Shown here one piece after another: positions 51,734-61,330 of a DNA stretch of 64,000 bases (the first letter of the stretch is position 1; each line of letters opens with the position of its first letter). A model generated the notes under the pieces. That model searched no databases and had not been told where the DNA came from. It worked only from the letters and a program-made list of their open reading frames with translations. The position numbers and the translations under genes were made by a program. The stretch is from positions 512,001 through 576,000 of the forward strand of contig CBDCZH010000015.1 of NCBI GenBank assembly GCA_965224485.1, in the 5' to 3' direction. Origin of the DNA: Arcobacteraceae bacterium. GTDB lineage: Bacteria; Campylobacterota; Campylobacteria; Campylobacterales; Arcobacteraceae.

Positions 51734-52108
51734 TTAATTAAAATACTTTTTGACATTTTCTTGAAGTTGTTCAACACTTTTTTTACCTCTTTTAGTAGCA
51801 AGGACTTTACCATCTTTAACATATACTAATGTTGGAATACTTTTTACATTATATTTTTTCATTAATTCTCTTTGCTTATCAATATCAACTTTAAAAATTG
51901 TAAGGTCAACTTTTTTAACTTTATCAAACTCTTCTAGGTTCTTAGCTAGTTTAGTACAAGGAGGGCACCAAATTGCATAAAAATCTATAATAAATTTTCC
52001 TTTTTCTATCTTTTTATCAATTGTCTCAAGGCTTAAATGCTCAAAAGCAGCTAAAGGTGTCAAAACAAACATTAAACTTAAAAATAAACTTAAAAATATT
52101 TTTTTCAT
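51734..52108 (-). CDS. Exported thioredoxin-like protein
   Basis: Signal peptide; DFYAIWCPPC and SIPT. Confidence 0.85.
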   Translation of the reverse strand: MKKIFLSLFLSLMFVLTPLAAFEHLSLETIDKKIEKGKFIIDFYAIWCPPCTKLAKNLEEFDKVKKVDLTIFKVDIDKQRELMKKYNVKSIPTLVYVKDGKVLATKRGKKSVEQLQENVKKYFN

Positions 52109-52246
52109 TTTCTCTCTTTGTATAATTAATTTTTTTTATTATATTGAATTTTTGTGTATAGTTTGTTGAGTTAAGATGTAAATTAAAAAAGCTATAAATA
52201 TATAAGTTTATTTATGTATTATTTGCAAAAAAAATAAGGTTTTACA

Positions 52247-52603
52247 ATGAGTGAACTTGAAAACTTAGAAGCAAACGATTTATTAGAATTAATACCCAAA
52301 GATATAGTTTTAATAGATGTACGAAGAGAAAGTGAATGGATACAATCAGGAATAATAGAAGGTTCACATTTACTAACATTTTTTGATGATTACGGTAATC
52401 ATGATTTAGAAAAATGGTTAATAGAATTTGAAAAAGCAGTAGAATCTAAAGATACAAAATTCGTTTTAATCTGCGCACATGCAAATAGAACAAAAACTAT
52501 AGGTGATTATTTAGCACAAAAGTTGGATTATACACAAGCTACTCACTTAGAAGGTGGTATTGCTTTATGGTTAGACTTAGGATTAAAGACTATACGTCCT
52601 TAA
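52247..52603 (+). CDS. Rhodanese-like domain protein
   Basis: IDVR...EW..G.I.GS, ICAHANR and LEGGI..W. Confidence 0.85.
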   Translation: MSELENLEANDLLELIPKDIVLIDVRRESEWIQSGIIEGSHLLTFFDDYGNHDLEKWLIEFEKAVESKDTKFVLICAHANRTKTIGDYLAQKLDYTQATHLEGGIALWLDLGLKTIRP

Positions 52604-52645
52604 TCTAAATCGTAATAATTTTTTACTCTAAGAAATTTTGTTAAA

Positions 52646-52861
52646 TTATTTCTTTAGAGCTTTTTGTAATTGACTTATAACTTCTTCAAGATTTTCATAT
52701 GGAATATGAGATTTCCACTCAACATCTTTACCATTTAATGCAATTCCTATACTTACTACATCACTAGTACCTTTACCATATGGTTCTTTTACATCTGAAA
52801 TAGAAATAATACCTTTTTTTGTTCCATGTAATGGAATTTCTGCTAATACTGTTATTGCCAT
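52646..52861 (-). CDS. Small hypothetical protein
   Basis: 71-aa ORF with AAGGA SD directly after psd. Confidence 0.7.
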   Translation of the reverse strand: MAITVLAEIPLHGTKKGIISISDVKEPYGKGTSDVVSIGIALNGKDVEWKSHIPYENLEEVISQLQKALKK

Positions 52862-52871
52862 TTTAATATCC

Positions 52872-53681
52872 TTAATTGTTATTTCCTATAATTGTTCCGA
52901 AAGAAACCTTTTGTTTTGTTAAATTTTTAATATTATATGAATCTTTTTCCCAAATCATTACAATTGTAGATCCCATTTTGAAATATCCTAAACAATCAGC
53001 TTTAGTAATTTCTAAATTATCATAAGTATAAACTTTTACTTCATTTGCATTTATATTAGTCTCAACCTTAGGTTCAAAGTCAAAAACCATCTGACCTACA
53101 TTTAAAGCCCCAACAAAAACCATATAAAAAAGTTTGTCTTTTTTATCAAAACATTCTAAAATAACTCTTTCATTTTGACAAAATAGATCAAGCTCTTTAT
53201 TTAAATATGGAATATTAACTGGATATAACTTTCCTGGAACATGAATAAGCTTAGTAACTCTAAAAGATGTAGGTGCATGGTATCTGTGATAATCTTTAGG
53301 TGATAGATAAAAGTTCATATAAGAGCCATCTAATACTCTTTTTATCTTATCTTGTACATTATATGTTAATAATTCTTCAACACTATAAGGCATACCTTTT
53401 ATTTGTAAAAGTGTATCATCTTTAAGTTTTCCACAAGAGCTTATAAAAGAATCACAAGGTGAGATAATATTCTCTTCACTTAAATCAACCTCTCTTGTAA
53501 TTGCTAACTCTCTTGTAAAAAGGTCATTTAGAGATTTATAATATTTTGCCTGTCTAAACTCACTCATATCTAATTTCATAAGTTTTACATATGAATTATT
53601 GATAAAAGTTTGAAAAAAAGATGGAAACTCTTGTTTTGCAAACTTTCCAAAATACTGTGATATTAAATTTGTAATGTGCAT
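52872..53681 (-). CDS. psd: Phosphatidylserine decarboxylase
   Basis: QIKG..YS, YLSPKDYHRYH, NERV, VGALNVG and GST cleavage motif. Confidence 0.95.
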   Translation of the reverse strand: MHITNLISQYFGKFAKQEFPSFFQTFINNSYVKLMKLDMSEFRQAKYYKSLNDLFTRELAITREVDLSEENIISPCDSFISSCGKLKDDTLLQIKGMPYSVEELLTYNVQDKIKRVLDGSYMNFYLSPKDYHRYHAPTSFRVTKLIHVPGKLYPVNIPYLNKELDLFCQNERVILECFDKKDKLFYMVFVGALNVGQMVFDFEPKVETNINANEVKVYTYDNLEITKADCLGYFKMGSTIVMIWEKDSYNIKNLTKQKVSFGTIIGNNN

Positions 53682-53812
53682 ATTTACCCTTAGTTTATAT
53701 AAAATGTATTTTATCTAAAACTAGCTGTTTTTAAAAAAATATTCTAAATAAAACTTCTAAGAGTAAAAATAAATTTATTTGCTACTCTACATTATATATA
53801 TAAAGGGATAAA

Positions 53813-54052
53813 ATGCATAAAATAATTGTAAGCAATGAATGTGGTTGCTTTAAAAGAAGTGATTTAACAAATAACATAGAATTAGAGTCTAAAGATGATG
53901 CTTTGTTAAAAGCTATGTCTATGAATAAACAAATGAATGAAGATTTTTGTAAAAAACATGACTTTTTTGTAAGTGAAGAAGCAAATAATTTTGTTATTTC
54001 ATTTAAGAAAGAAGAAGTGAAAACTTCCTGTTGTGGTGGCGGGTGCCACTAA
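53813..54052 (+). CDS. Small Cys/His-rich hypothetical protein
   Basis: CGC, FCKKH and C-terminal SCCGGGCH; SD present. Confidence 0.75.
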   Translation: MHKIIVSNECGCFKRSDLTNNIELESKDDALLKAMSMNKQMNEDFCKKHDFFVSEEANNFVISFKKEEVKTSCCGGGCH

Positions 54053-54082
54053 TTAATTAATTATTTTTAATAATTAATTTAT

Positions 54083-54154
54083 AATGAATAATTAATAATG
54101 AAAAATGAATAGTGAAGAGTGAAAAATATTTAAGACAGAGATTTCTCTGTCTTA
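54083..54154. repeat. Heptamer (AATGAAT/AGTGAAA-like) tandem repeats followed by a hairpin overlapping the mltA stop
   Basis: AATGAATAATTAATAATGAAAAATGAATAGTGAAGAGTGAAAAAT; TAAGACAGAG-ATTT-CTCTGTCTTA. Confidence 0.6.
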
Positions 54155-55246
54155 GATATTTGGAACTAGAATGTAAAGCTCGCCTTGTTCTTTCATTCTT
54201 CCTGCGTATTTTGCAGCTTCTTTTGAATAACCCCAGAAAAAATCAGCTCTTATTTCACCTTTAATTGCTCCGCCTGTATCAGCTGCTAGCATTAAAGTAT
54301 TTATCTCTTTTCTTGTAACTGGATTTTTTGTATTTATAAAAACAGGCATACCTAAGGGAATATACTTAGTATCAACTGCTAAATTTCTTTTTGCAACTAA
54401 AGGAACACCCAAACTTCCAGTAGCTCCAGTTTTTCTTTTTTCAAAAAATACATAACTATTATTTTTGTTTAAAACAGCATCTGCTTTTAAAGGATTAGCT
54501 TCAAACCATTTTTTCATACCTTGCATAGAAGCATCAATTCCATTACCAATATAACCTTTTTTAATCATATACCTACCAATAGATTTATATTTTCGTCCAT
54601 TTTGATTCGCATAACCTATATTCAACAAAGTTCCATCTTCTAGTTGTACTTTTCCTGAACCTTGAATTTGTAAGAAATATAAATCAATTTTGCTATTTAC
54701 ATAACATAAAACTTCATACTCTTCATTATTACTTATTTCAGACCTAGAGTTAAAAGGAATTAGTTTATTTCCTTTAATTTTGCCTCTTAATCTATATTTT
54801 TTAAGCTCAGGATATATTTTTGATAAATTAACAGTAATTAGATTTTTAGGAACGCCATATACTGGGTATTTATACTTTTTAGTTTTTTTTAAACTTCCAT
54901 ATAATAAAGGTTCATAATAACCAGTTATAACTCCTGTATCTTTTCCATCTTTTCCATGTAGTTTATAAGGTGTGAAGTTTTTAGTAAAAAATTCTTTTGC
55001 ATTATCACTTATATAGGCTTTTTTACAAACATCTTTAAACAAAGCTTTTCTTTTTGAACGAACACAAGCTTTTTTAAAAACATCTAAAGCTAGAGATAAG
55101 TCGTCATTTTCAAACTCTTTTAGATTTTTGAATTCTACTTTTTGTAATTTAGCTTTTGAGTAAGATAAGTGTTCAAATTTAGGACCACAACCTGTTGCTA
55201 ATAAAATTATAAAGAAAGAGAAAAATATATATTTAGAAGTGTTCAT
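54152..55246 (-). CDS. mltA: Membrane-bound lytic murein transglycosylase A (lipoprotein)
   Basis: Lipobox ATGC; TGYYEP, QIQGSG and DTGGAIKG..RAD.F.G. Confidence 0.93.
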   Translation of the reverse strand: MNTSKYIFFSFFIILLATGCGPKFEHLSYSKAKLQKVEFKNLKEFENDDLSLALDVFKKACVRSKRKALFKDVCKKAYISDNAKEFFTKNFTPYKLHGKDGKDTGVITGYYEPLLYGSLKKTKKYKYPVYGVPKNLITVNLSKIYPELKKYRLRGKIKGNKLIPFNSRSEISNNEEYEVLCYVNSKIDLYFLQIQGSGKVQLEDGTLLNIGYANQNGRKYKSIGRYMIKKGYIGNGIDASMQGMKKWFEANPLKADAVLNKNNSYVFFEKRKTGATGSLGVPLVAKRNLAVDTKYIPLGMPVFINTKNPVTRKEINTLMLAADTGGAIKGEIRADFFWGYSKEAAKYAGRMKEQGELYILVPNI

Positions 55247-55316
55247 AAATTTACCTTTGTAATTTAAATTTAAATTTTAAAAAATTCTATCATTTTATAG
55301 TTAATAGAAGGTACAC

Positions 55317-55601
55317 TTATATACTTTGAGGATAAACTTCTTTCAAACCACAGTTTTTGCATCTGTATTCTATATCATTAACACCAGAACAGCCATGATT
55401 TTTAAGTATTCTTGTAGAAATTACTTCTTGAGTAAATCTTGTATTTGTATTTTCATCAACAAAAGTTCTTGTTTTTTCGCCACAAGTTGGGCATTCTTTT
55501 TTATTTAATTTATCAACTCTAGAGTTTTTATTTTTAAAATAAAGTAAACTTGAGAAAATTACAATTAGAAAAGTGATTATTAAAAATATTATTGTTTGCA
55601 T
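55317..55601 (-). CDS. Membrane-anchored zinc-ribbon-like hypothetical protein
   Basis: N-terminal TM helix; CPTC and CKNC pairs. Confidence 0.7.
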   Translation of the reverse strand: MQTIIFLIITFLIVIFSSLLYFKNKNSRVDKLNKKECPTCGEKTRTFVDENTNTRFTQEVISTRILKNHGCSGVNDIEYRCKNCGLKEVYPQSI

Positions 55602-55603
55602 TG

Positions 55604-55784
55604 TTTGAGGTAGTTAAGTTAGTTAGTTAGTAAGTTTATAAGTTGGTATGTTAGTGAGTTTTTAAGTTAGTAAGTTGGTAAGTTAGTAAAGTTAGAAAGA
55701 AAACCTACCAACCTACCAACCTACCAACCTCTACCAACTTACTAACTAACTCTACTAACCTACTAACTCTCCCAACTTATCAAA
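55604..55784. repeat. Long imperfect inverted repeat built from 8-bp tandem units (GTAAGTTR / YAACYTAC)
   Basis: Left arm ...agttagtaagttggtaagttagtaa, right arm cctaccaacctaccaac...ttactaac. Confidence 0.8.
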
Positions 55785-55801
55785 TAAATAGCCTAAGCTA
55801 T

Positions 55802-57694
55802 TTATTCAACTTCCGCATCAATAACGTCATCGTCATCTTTTTTTGCTTTAGCATTTGGTTTAGCTTGCTCTTCTGCTTTATCGCCACCCTCTTTTTTATA
55901 CATAGCTTCTGCTAATTTATGAGATTTTTCAGTTAAAGCTTTAACTTTTTCCTCAATAGCTTCTTTACTAGAGTTTTCGTCTTTTAAAACTTCCTCTAGT
56001 TGTGCAGCTGCATCAACAATTGCAGTTTTTTCTTCTTCAGAAACAGCATCACCATTTTCTTCTAAAGTTTTTTTAGTACTATGTAAAAGTGCATCAGCTT
56101 GATTTCTTACTTCAATCACTTCTTTTTTCTTAGCATCAACTTCTTTATTAGCTTCTGCTTCTTGTACCATTTTTTCAATTTCTTCATCAGATAATCCAGA
56201 TGCTCCAGAAATAGTAATTTTATTTTCTTTACCAGTTCCTTTATCTTTAGCAGATACATTTAAAACACCATTTGCATCAATATCAAATGTTACTTCAATT
56301 TGAGGAACACCTCTTGGAGCTGCTGGGATGTCTGAAAGTTCAAACATACCTAAAGATTTATTATCTTTAGCAAATTCTCTCTCACCTTGTCCTACGTGAA
56401 TAGAAACAGCTGGTTGATTATCATCAGCAGTTGAGAAAGTTTGTGATTTTTTAACAGGAATAGTTGTACCTTTATCAATTAACTTAGACATAACTCCACC
56501 TAAAGTTTCAATTCCTAAACTTAAAGGCGTAACATCAAGTAATAATACATCTTTAACATCACCTCTTAAAACTCCAGCTTGAACAGCTGCACCAGCTGCA
56601 ACTACCTCATCAGGGTTAACACTTTTATTTAAATCTTTTCCAAAAAAGTCTCTTACGATTTCATTTGCTTTTGGTAATCTAGTTGATCCACCTACCATAA
56701 TAACTTCTTGGATTTCATCTTTACTTAAATCAGCATCTTTTAAAGCAGTTTTAATATGCTCTAATGTTTCAGTAATAAGACCTTCAGTCATAGACTCAAA
56801 TTTAGCTCTTGTAAGAGATTTAACTAAATGTATTGGACCTGCATTACCCATAGAGATAAATGGCAAGTTAATTTCTGTTGATTCTGCTGAACTTAACTCT
56901 TTTTTAGCATTTTCTGCTGCATCTTTAAGTCTTTGTAAAGCCATTTTGTCATTTTTAACATCAAAACCATTTTCAGTTTCAAACTCTTTAGATAACCAGT
57001 CAATAATAGCATTATCAAAATCATCTCCACCTAGAAAAGCATTACCATCAGTTGAAAGTACTTCAAAAGTTCCATCACCAATTTCTAAAGTAGTAACATC
57101 AAATGTTCCTCCACCTAAATCATAAACTAAAACTTTTTCTTCACCTTTTTTATCAAGTCCATATGCTAAAGAAGCAGCAGTTGGTTCGTTTATAATTCTT
57201 AAAACATTAAGTCCAGCAATAGTACCAGCTTCTTGAGTTGCTTTTCTTTGTGCATCATTAAAATAAGCAGGAACAGTAATAACAGCATCAGTTACAGGAG
57301 CTCCCAAATATTCTTCAGCATCTACTTTTAGTTTTCCTAAAATTTTAGCAGAGATTTCTTGAGGAGTATAAACTTTATCTCCAATTTCAACAGCAGCTGC
57401 ACCATTTCTATTTACAATTTTATATCCAACTTTACTTTGGGCATCTTTAGCATGCTCTTCGTCCATCATTAAACCCATAATTCTCTTAATAGAATAAATA
57501 GTTTTTTCAGGATTTGTAATAGCTTGTCTTTTAGCAGGATCTCCTACTAAAACTTCACCTTTATCCGTAAATGCTACAATAGAAGGAGTAGTATTTTTAC
57601 CCTCTTTATTAGGGATAATCTTAGTTTCTCCACCTTCATAAACTGCCATACAAGAGTTAGTTGTACCTAAATCAATTCCAATTACTTTACTCAT
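55802..57694 (-). CDS. dnaK: Chaperone DnaK
   Basis: [34 protein letters not shown] and DAEVE. Confidence 0.98.
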   Translation of the reverse strand: MSKVIGIDLGTTNSCMAVYEGGETKIIPNKEGKNTTPSIVAFTDKGEVLVGDPAKRQAITNPEKTIYSIKRIMGLMMDEEHAKDAQSKVGYKIVNRNGAAAVEIGDKVYTPQEISAKILGKLKVDAEEYLGAPVTDAVITVPAYFNDAQRKATQEAGTIAGLNVLRIINEPTAASLAYGLDKKGEEKVLVYDLGGGTFDVTTLEIGDGTFEVLSTDGNAFLGGDDFDNAIIDWLSKEFETENGFDVKNDKMALQRLKDAAENAKKELSSAESTEINLPFISMGNAGPIHLVKSLTRAKFESMTEGLITETLEHIKTALKDADLSKDEIQEVIMVGGSTRLPKANEIVRDFFGKDLNKSVNPDEVVAAGAAVQAGVLRGDVKDVLLLDVTPLSLGIETLGGVMSKLIDKGTTIPVKKSQTFSTADDNQPAVSIHVGQGEREFAKDNKSLGMFELSDIPAAPRGVPQIEVTFDIDANGVLNVSAKDKGTGKENKITISGASGLSDEEIEKMVQEAEANKEVDAKKKEVIEVRNQADALLHSTKKTLEENGDAVSEEEKTAIVDAAAQLEEVLKDENSSKEAIEEKVKALTEKSHKLAEAMYKKEGGDKAEEQAKPNAKAKKDDDDVIDAEVE

Positions 57695-57762
57695 AATATA
57701 TTCCTTATTAATTTTATTTTAATTTTTTATTTAATTTCAATAGTTTTAAGACATTGCGGTCA

Positions 57763-57859
57763 TGAAGCGTTTACGCTTCAAGTGAAAAACTAAAAGTGAA
57801 AAGTGAAAAATGTGTACTAGTCTTTTTATTTTTCACTTTTAGTTTTTAGTTTTTCACTT
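57763..57859. repeat. Two hairpins in the grpE-dnaK spacer; the second is a 32-bp stem made of AGTGAAA/ACTAAAA heptamers
   Basis: TGAAGCGT-TT-ACGCTTCA; 57780-57811 pairs with 57828-57859 (3 mismatches). Confidence 0.75.
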
Positions 57860-57873
57860 TTCTATTTGTAAAA

Positions 57874-58464
57874 TTACTTTTTACAAATAGAAACCATTGC
57901 TGGTCTTAATAATCTTTCTTTAAACTTATAACCTTTTTGAAGTTGGGCAACTATATATCCATCTTCATGATCAGCACTATCTACTTGCATAATTGCATTA
58001 TGGAAGTTTGGATCAAACTCACCATCTGTCTCAATTATAGAAATGTCATGTTTTTCAAAAGCTGTATAGAAGTTTTTAATTGTTAACTCAACACCTTCTT
58101 TTAATTTACCTAATAACTCATCACTTCCTAAATCTTTTGCTGCTTCTTCTGCTGCTAATGCCATTTCAAGTGAATCAATTGGAGCTAATAAATCTTTTGC
58201 AAATTTTTCACTTGCATAATCAATTGCAGAATATTTTTCTTTTTCTAATCTTTTTTTGATATTCTCGAAATCTGCATGAACTCTAAAATATTTATCTTCA
58301 CTTTGTTTTAATTGCTCTTGTAGTTGTGCAATTATTTCATCTTGGCTTAATTCTTTTTTTTCTTCAACAACTTCACCTGTTTCAGTTTCTTTATCTATAT
58401 TTTGATCAACAATCTCTTCTGTATCAACAATTTCTTGCTCTAATTCTTCTTTATTTTCACTCAA
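57874..58464 (-). CDS. grpE: Nucleotide exchange factor GrpE
   Basis: ADFEN.KKR, FDPNFHNA and QKGY...ERLLRPAMV; TTG start. Confidence 0.96.
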   Translation of the reverse strand: MSENKEELEQEIVDTEEIVDQNIDKETETGEVVEEKKELSQDEIIAQLQEQLKQSEDKYFRVHADFENIKKRLEKEKYSAIDYASEKFAKDLLAPIDSLEMALAAEEAAKDLGSDELLGKLKEGVELTIKNFYTAFEKHDISIIETDGEFDPNFHNAIMQVDSADHEDGYIVAQLQKGYKFKERLLRPAMVSICKK

Positions 58465-58473
58465 AATTTTCTC

Positions 58474-59265
58474 CTAAATAGTATTTATTTGATTATAAAA
58501 ATATTCATAATCTTTTGATAACTCGCCTAAAACTAACATTTTTACATTTATTTTATTAATTGTACATCTATGATAAATTGCTATATACCCTTGAGGAACA
58601 ATAGTGTCAAAATAAAGTCCTTCTTTAATTGAATCAAAGATTTTTGCTTTTAAAAAATCATTTATTATTTTTTCTTCATAATCATAATTAAGAGCAAGGG
58701 AAAAGAACTCTTTTGTATTATATATATGGAAATCTTTTGTTTGCAAATTTTGATTTACTTGCTCATATATCTCATTTGCCCCAACTTGTTTTGAAATATT
58801 AACAATATGACTTAACTCTAAACCTATTAAATCTTTTAGAAATCTATATAATGCACTTGAATACTTTACAGTAAGTGCAAAAGAGTCAAACTCTAAAATA
58901 ATATATTTGTTATCTACTGATAATATTTCTTTTAAGAGCTCATCTTTATCTTCTTGTATAAAAACACTTAAACCAATCTCTTTTGCATAATACTCAATAG
59001 CTTTTGTATCAACTTGGGCTAAAGAGAAATTTAACTTATTAGTCCAATACTGTTTTAATGCTTCACTTGTTGGTGTTCTTCCAGAACTAACATGTTCTTG
59101 TGCTAAAAAACCTTCATCTCCTAGTTTTTTAAAATACCCTCTAATGGTTGCAGGTGAATAAGTAATATCATACATTGATTTTAACTGTGATGAACCTATT
59201 GGTTCACAGTTTTCAATATATGCTCTAATTATAGATTGCAATAAAAACTCTTTTTTATTTATCAC
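58474..59265 (-). CDS. hrcA: Heat-inducible transcription repressor HrcA
   Basis: EPIGS, SPATIR and HVSSGRTPT; located upstream of grpE-dnaK. Confidence 0.92.
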   Translation of the reverse strand: MINKKEFLLQSIIRAYIENCEPIGSSQLKSMYDITYSPATIRGYFKKLGDEGFLAQEHVSSGRTPTSEALKQYWTNKLNFSLAQVDTKAIEYYAKEIGLSVFIQEDKDELLKEILSVDNKYIILEFDSFALTVKYSSALYRFLKDLIGLELSHIVNISKQVGANEIYEQVNQNLQTKDFHIYNTKEFFSLALNYDYEEKIINDFLKAKIFDSIKEGLYFDTIVPQGYIAIYHRCTINKINVKMLVLGELSKDYEYFYNQINTI

Positions 59266-59289
59266 TTAAATAACCACCAGATTTTAGTT

Positions 59290-59316
59290 TTAGCACTCAT
59301 TATCTTGAACTGCTAA
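59290..59316. promoter_or_regulatory. CIRCE element 1
   Basis: TTAGCACTC-N9-AACTGCTAA versus consensus TTAGCACTC-N9-GAGTGCTAA. Confidence 0.85.
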
Positions 59317-59319
59317 AGA

Positions 59320-59350
59320 ATTATAACTAATTGAGTCAGTATTTGTCAAG
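59320..59350 (-). promoter_or_regulatory. hrcA operon sigma70 promoter with an overlapping HAIR-like (HspR) site
   Basis: Minus strand TTGACA-18-TATAAT; ATTGAGT-N7-TGTCAAG at 59330-59350. Confidence 0.7.
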
Positions 59351-59356
59351 TAGTTT

Positions 59357-59383
59357 TTAGCAAAGTACTTATAAAAGTGCTAA
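59357..59383. promoter_or_regulatory. CIRCE-like element 2
   Basis: TTAGCAAAG-N9-AAGTGCTAA. Confidence 0.7.
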
Positions 59384-59493
59384 ATTAAATTTTTACCTCT
59401 ACTTTGTTCCCAAGAATTAGCTTTTTTGCTTAATTGATTTATAATAAAATAAGCAATACAATTAAGACTTAAATTATATAAGAAAGGATAAAT

Positions 59494-60531
59494 ATGTATG
59501 AAAAGATAGATGAACAGTTTGCAAGTGATAACTATTCACAAATTTGTCCTGAGGTACTTAATAAGATTGTGGAACTAAATTCAGATAATGCTCAAGCATA
59601 TGGTAATGATTATTATACTAAATATGCAGCAGATCAATTAAGAGAATTATTTGAAACCGATTGCCAAATCTTTTTTGTATTTAATGGAACAGCAGCTAAC
59701 TCTTTAAGTTTAGCAGCCTTGTGCAATTCGTATCATAGTATTATATGCCATGAATTAGCGCATATAGAAACAGACGAATGTGGGGCCCCTGAGTTTTTCT
59801 CAAATGGTTCAAAACTATTATTAGCTAATGGAAAAGATGCTAAATTAACCCCTAGTGATATTGAACATCTAGCTACAAAAAGAGATGATATTCATTATCC
59901 AAAACCAAAAGTAGTATCACTTACTCAGTCAACTGAGGTAGGAACTATCTATACAATAGATGAAATTAAAAAAATACGAGAAGTTGCAAATAAACATAAT
60001 CTTCATATCCATATGGATGGAGCAAGATTTGCAAATGCTTTAGTTTCCCTAGATGTGACACCAGCTGAACTTACATGGAAAGTAGGAATTGATGTTTTAT
60101 GTTTTTCTGGAACAAAAAATGGAATGGCTATGGGGGAGGTTGTAATATTCTTTAACCATGACTTAGCCCAAGACTTTGCGTATAGATGTAAACAAGCAGG
60201 TCAATTAGCTTCAAAAATGAAATTCATTTCAGCCCAATGGATTGCTTTATTAGAAAATAACTTATGGAAGAAAAATGCTAAACATGCAAATAGTATGGCT
60301 AAATACTTTGAAACACAAATAAAAGACTTAGAAGGTATTAAAATTAAATTCCCTGTTCAATCTAATAGTGTATTCATGGAAGCAAAAGAGAGTCTTTTAG
60401 AAGCTCTTAAAGCTAAAAAATGGATTTTTTACTCTTTTATTGGAGCAGGAGGAGCTAGATTTGTTTTTTCTTGGAACTCTAGCAAAAAAAGAATTGATGA
60501 ATTAATAGAAGATATTAAATTACACTTGTAA
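59494..60531 (+). CDS. ltaE: Low-specificity L-threonine aldolase
   Basis: FASDNY, GTAANSL, DECGAPEF, HMDGARFANA and GTKNG. Confidence 0.9.
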   Translation: MYEKIDEQFASDNYSQICPEVLNKIVELNSDNAQAYGNDYYTKYAADQLRELFETDCQIFFVFNGTAANSLSLAALCNSYHSIICHELAHIETDECGAPEFFSNGSKLLLANGKDAKLTPSDIEHLATKRDDIHYPKPKVVSLTQSTEVGTIYTIDEIKKIREVANKHNLHIHMDGARFANALVSLDVTPAELTWKVGIDVLCFSGTKNGMAMGEVVIFFNHDLAQDFAYRCKQAGQLASKMKFISAQWIALLENNLWKKNAKHANSMAKYFETQIKDLEGIKIKFPVQSNSVFMEAKESLLEALKAKKWIFYSFIGAGGARFVFSWNSSKKRIDELIEDIKLHL

Positions 60532-60538
60532 AAATTAA

Positions 60539-61117
60539 CTAAAAAGATACAGGAGTAATAACAGAGATATAAGAAGCTTTTTTTAAGCTTCTGTTCTCTA
60601 TTTTATGTGGATTATCTGGATTAAATCTAATACAATCACCTTTTTTTAAAATAAACTCTTTTTCTTCTAAAGTAACAATAATTTCACCTTCAAGAACATA
60701 ATTGCACTCTTCCCCACCTTTGGTATGAGGTATTATTTCATCTGTAATTCGTAAGGGTGCTAAATTTACTAAAACAAATTCAATATCTCCTTGTAAATTG
60801 GGAACTAATAATTCACAGGTAAATAAAGGATCAGGGAAAGATATTTTTTTTCTTTTATTTTTTCTAACAACATAAGTACTTTCGTCATCAAGGTAAACTT
60901 TAGACTCTTCTTCATTAGTAAATAAATGAGCTAAGGTAGTATTTAAAACTTTTGCTATTTTTCTTAAAGTTTCTACAGAACCAGAAGTTGAGCCATTTTC
61001 TAATAAAGATAACATAGCAACAGAGATCTTTGCATCAAACGCAAGTTGTTTTGCTGTCATATTTTTTTCTTTTCGTAAACGTCTAACTTTTTGTCCTACT
61101 TCAAAATCTTTACTCAC
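60539..61117 (-). CDS. XRE-family HTH plus cupin regulator
   Basis: HTH (LSLLENG..SVETL.KIA); cupin (GEEC.YVLEG, GD.I.F, PH). Confidence 0.9.
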   Translation of the reverse strand: MSKDFEVGQKVRRLRKEKNMTAKQLAFDAKISVAMLSLLENGSTSGSVETLRKIAKVLNTTLAHLFTNEEESKVYLDDESTYVVRKNKRKKISFPDPLFTCELLVPNLQGDIEFVLVNLAPLRITDEIIPHTKGGEECNYVLEGEIIVTLEEKEFILKKGDCIRFNPDNPHKIENRSLKKASYISVITPVSF

Positions 61118-61330
61118 TAAACCAACCTTAATACTTTTATTAAATATAGTTTAACTAAGTTAAACTTTGAGTTTTAATATCATAACTTAATATAAAGATT
61201 TTTGTTTCACTTCGTATCATTTTAGATAAAAATCATTAAAAATTTAATTATATTAAATTTTTAGCTATTTTTATATGTTAGTATTTAATCAGATTAAATA
61301 TATTAATAAAATAATTGTAAGGATAATAAG

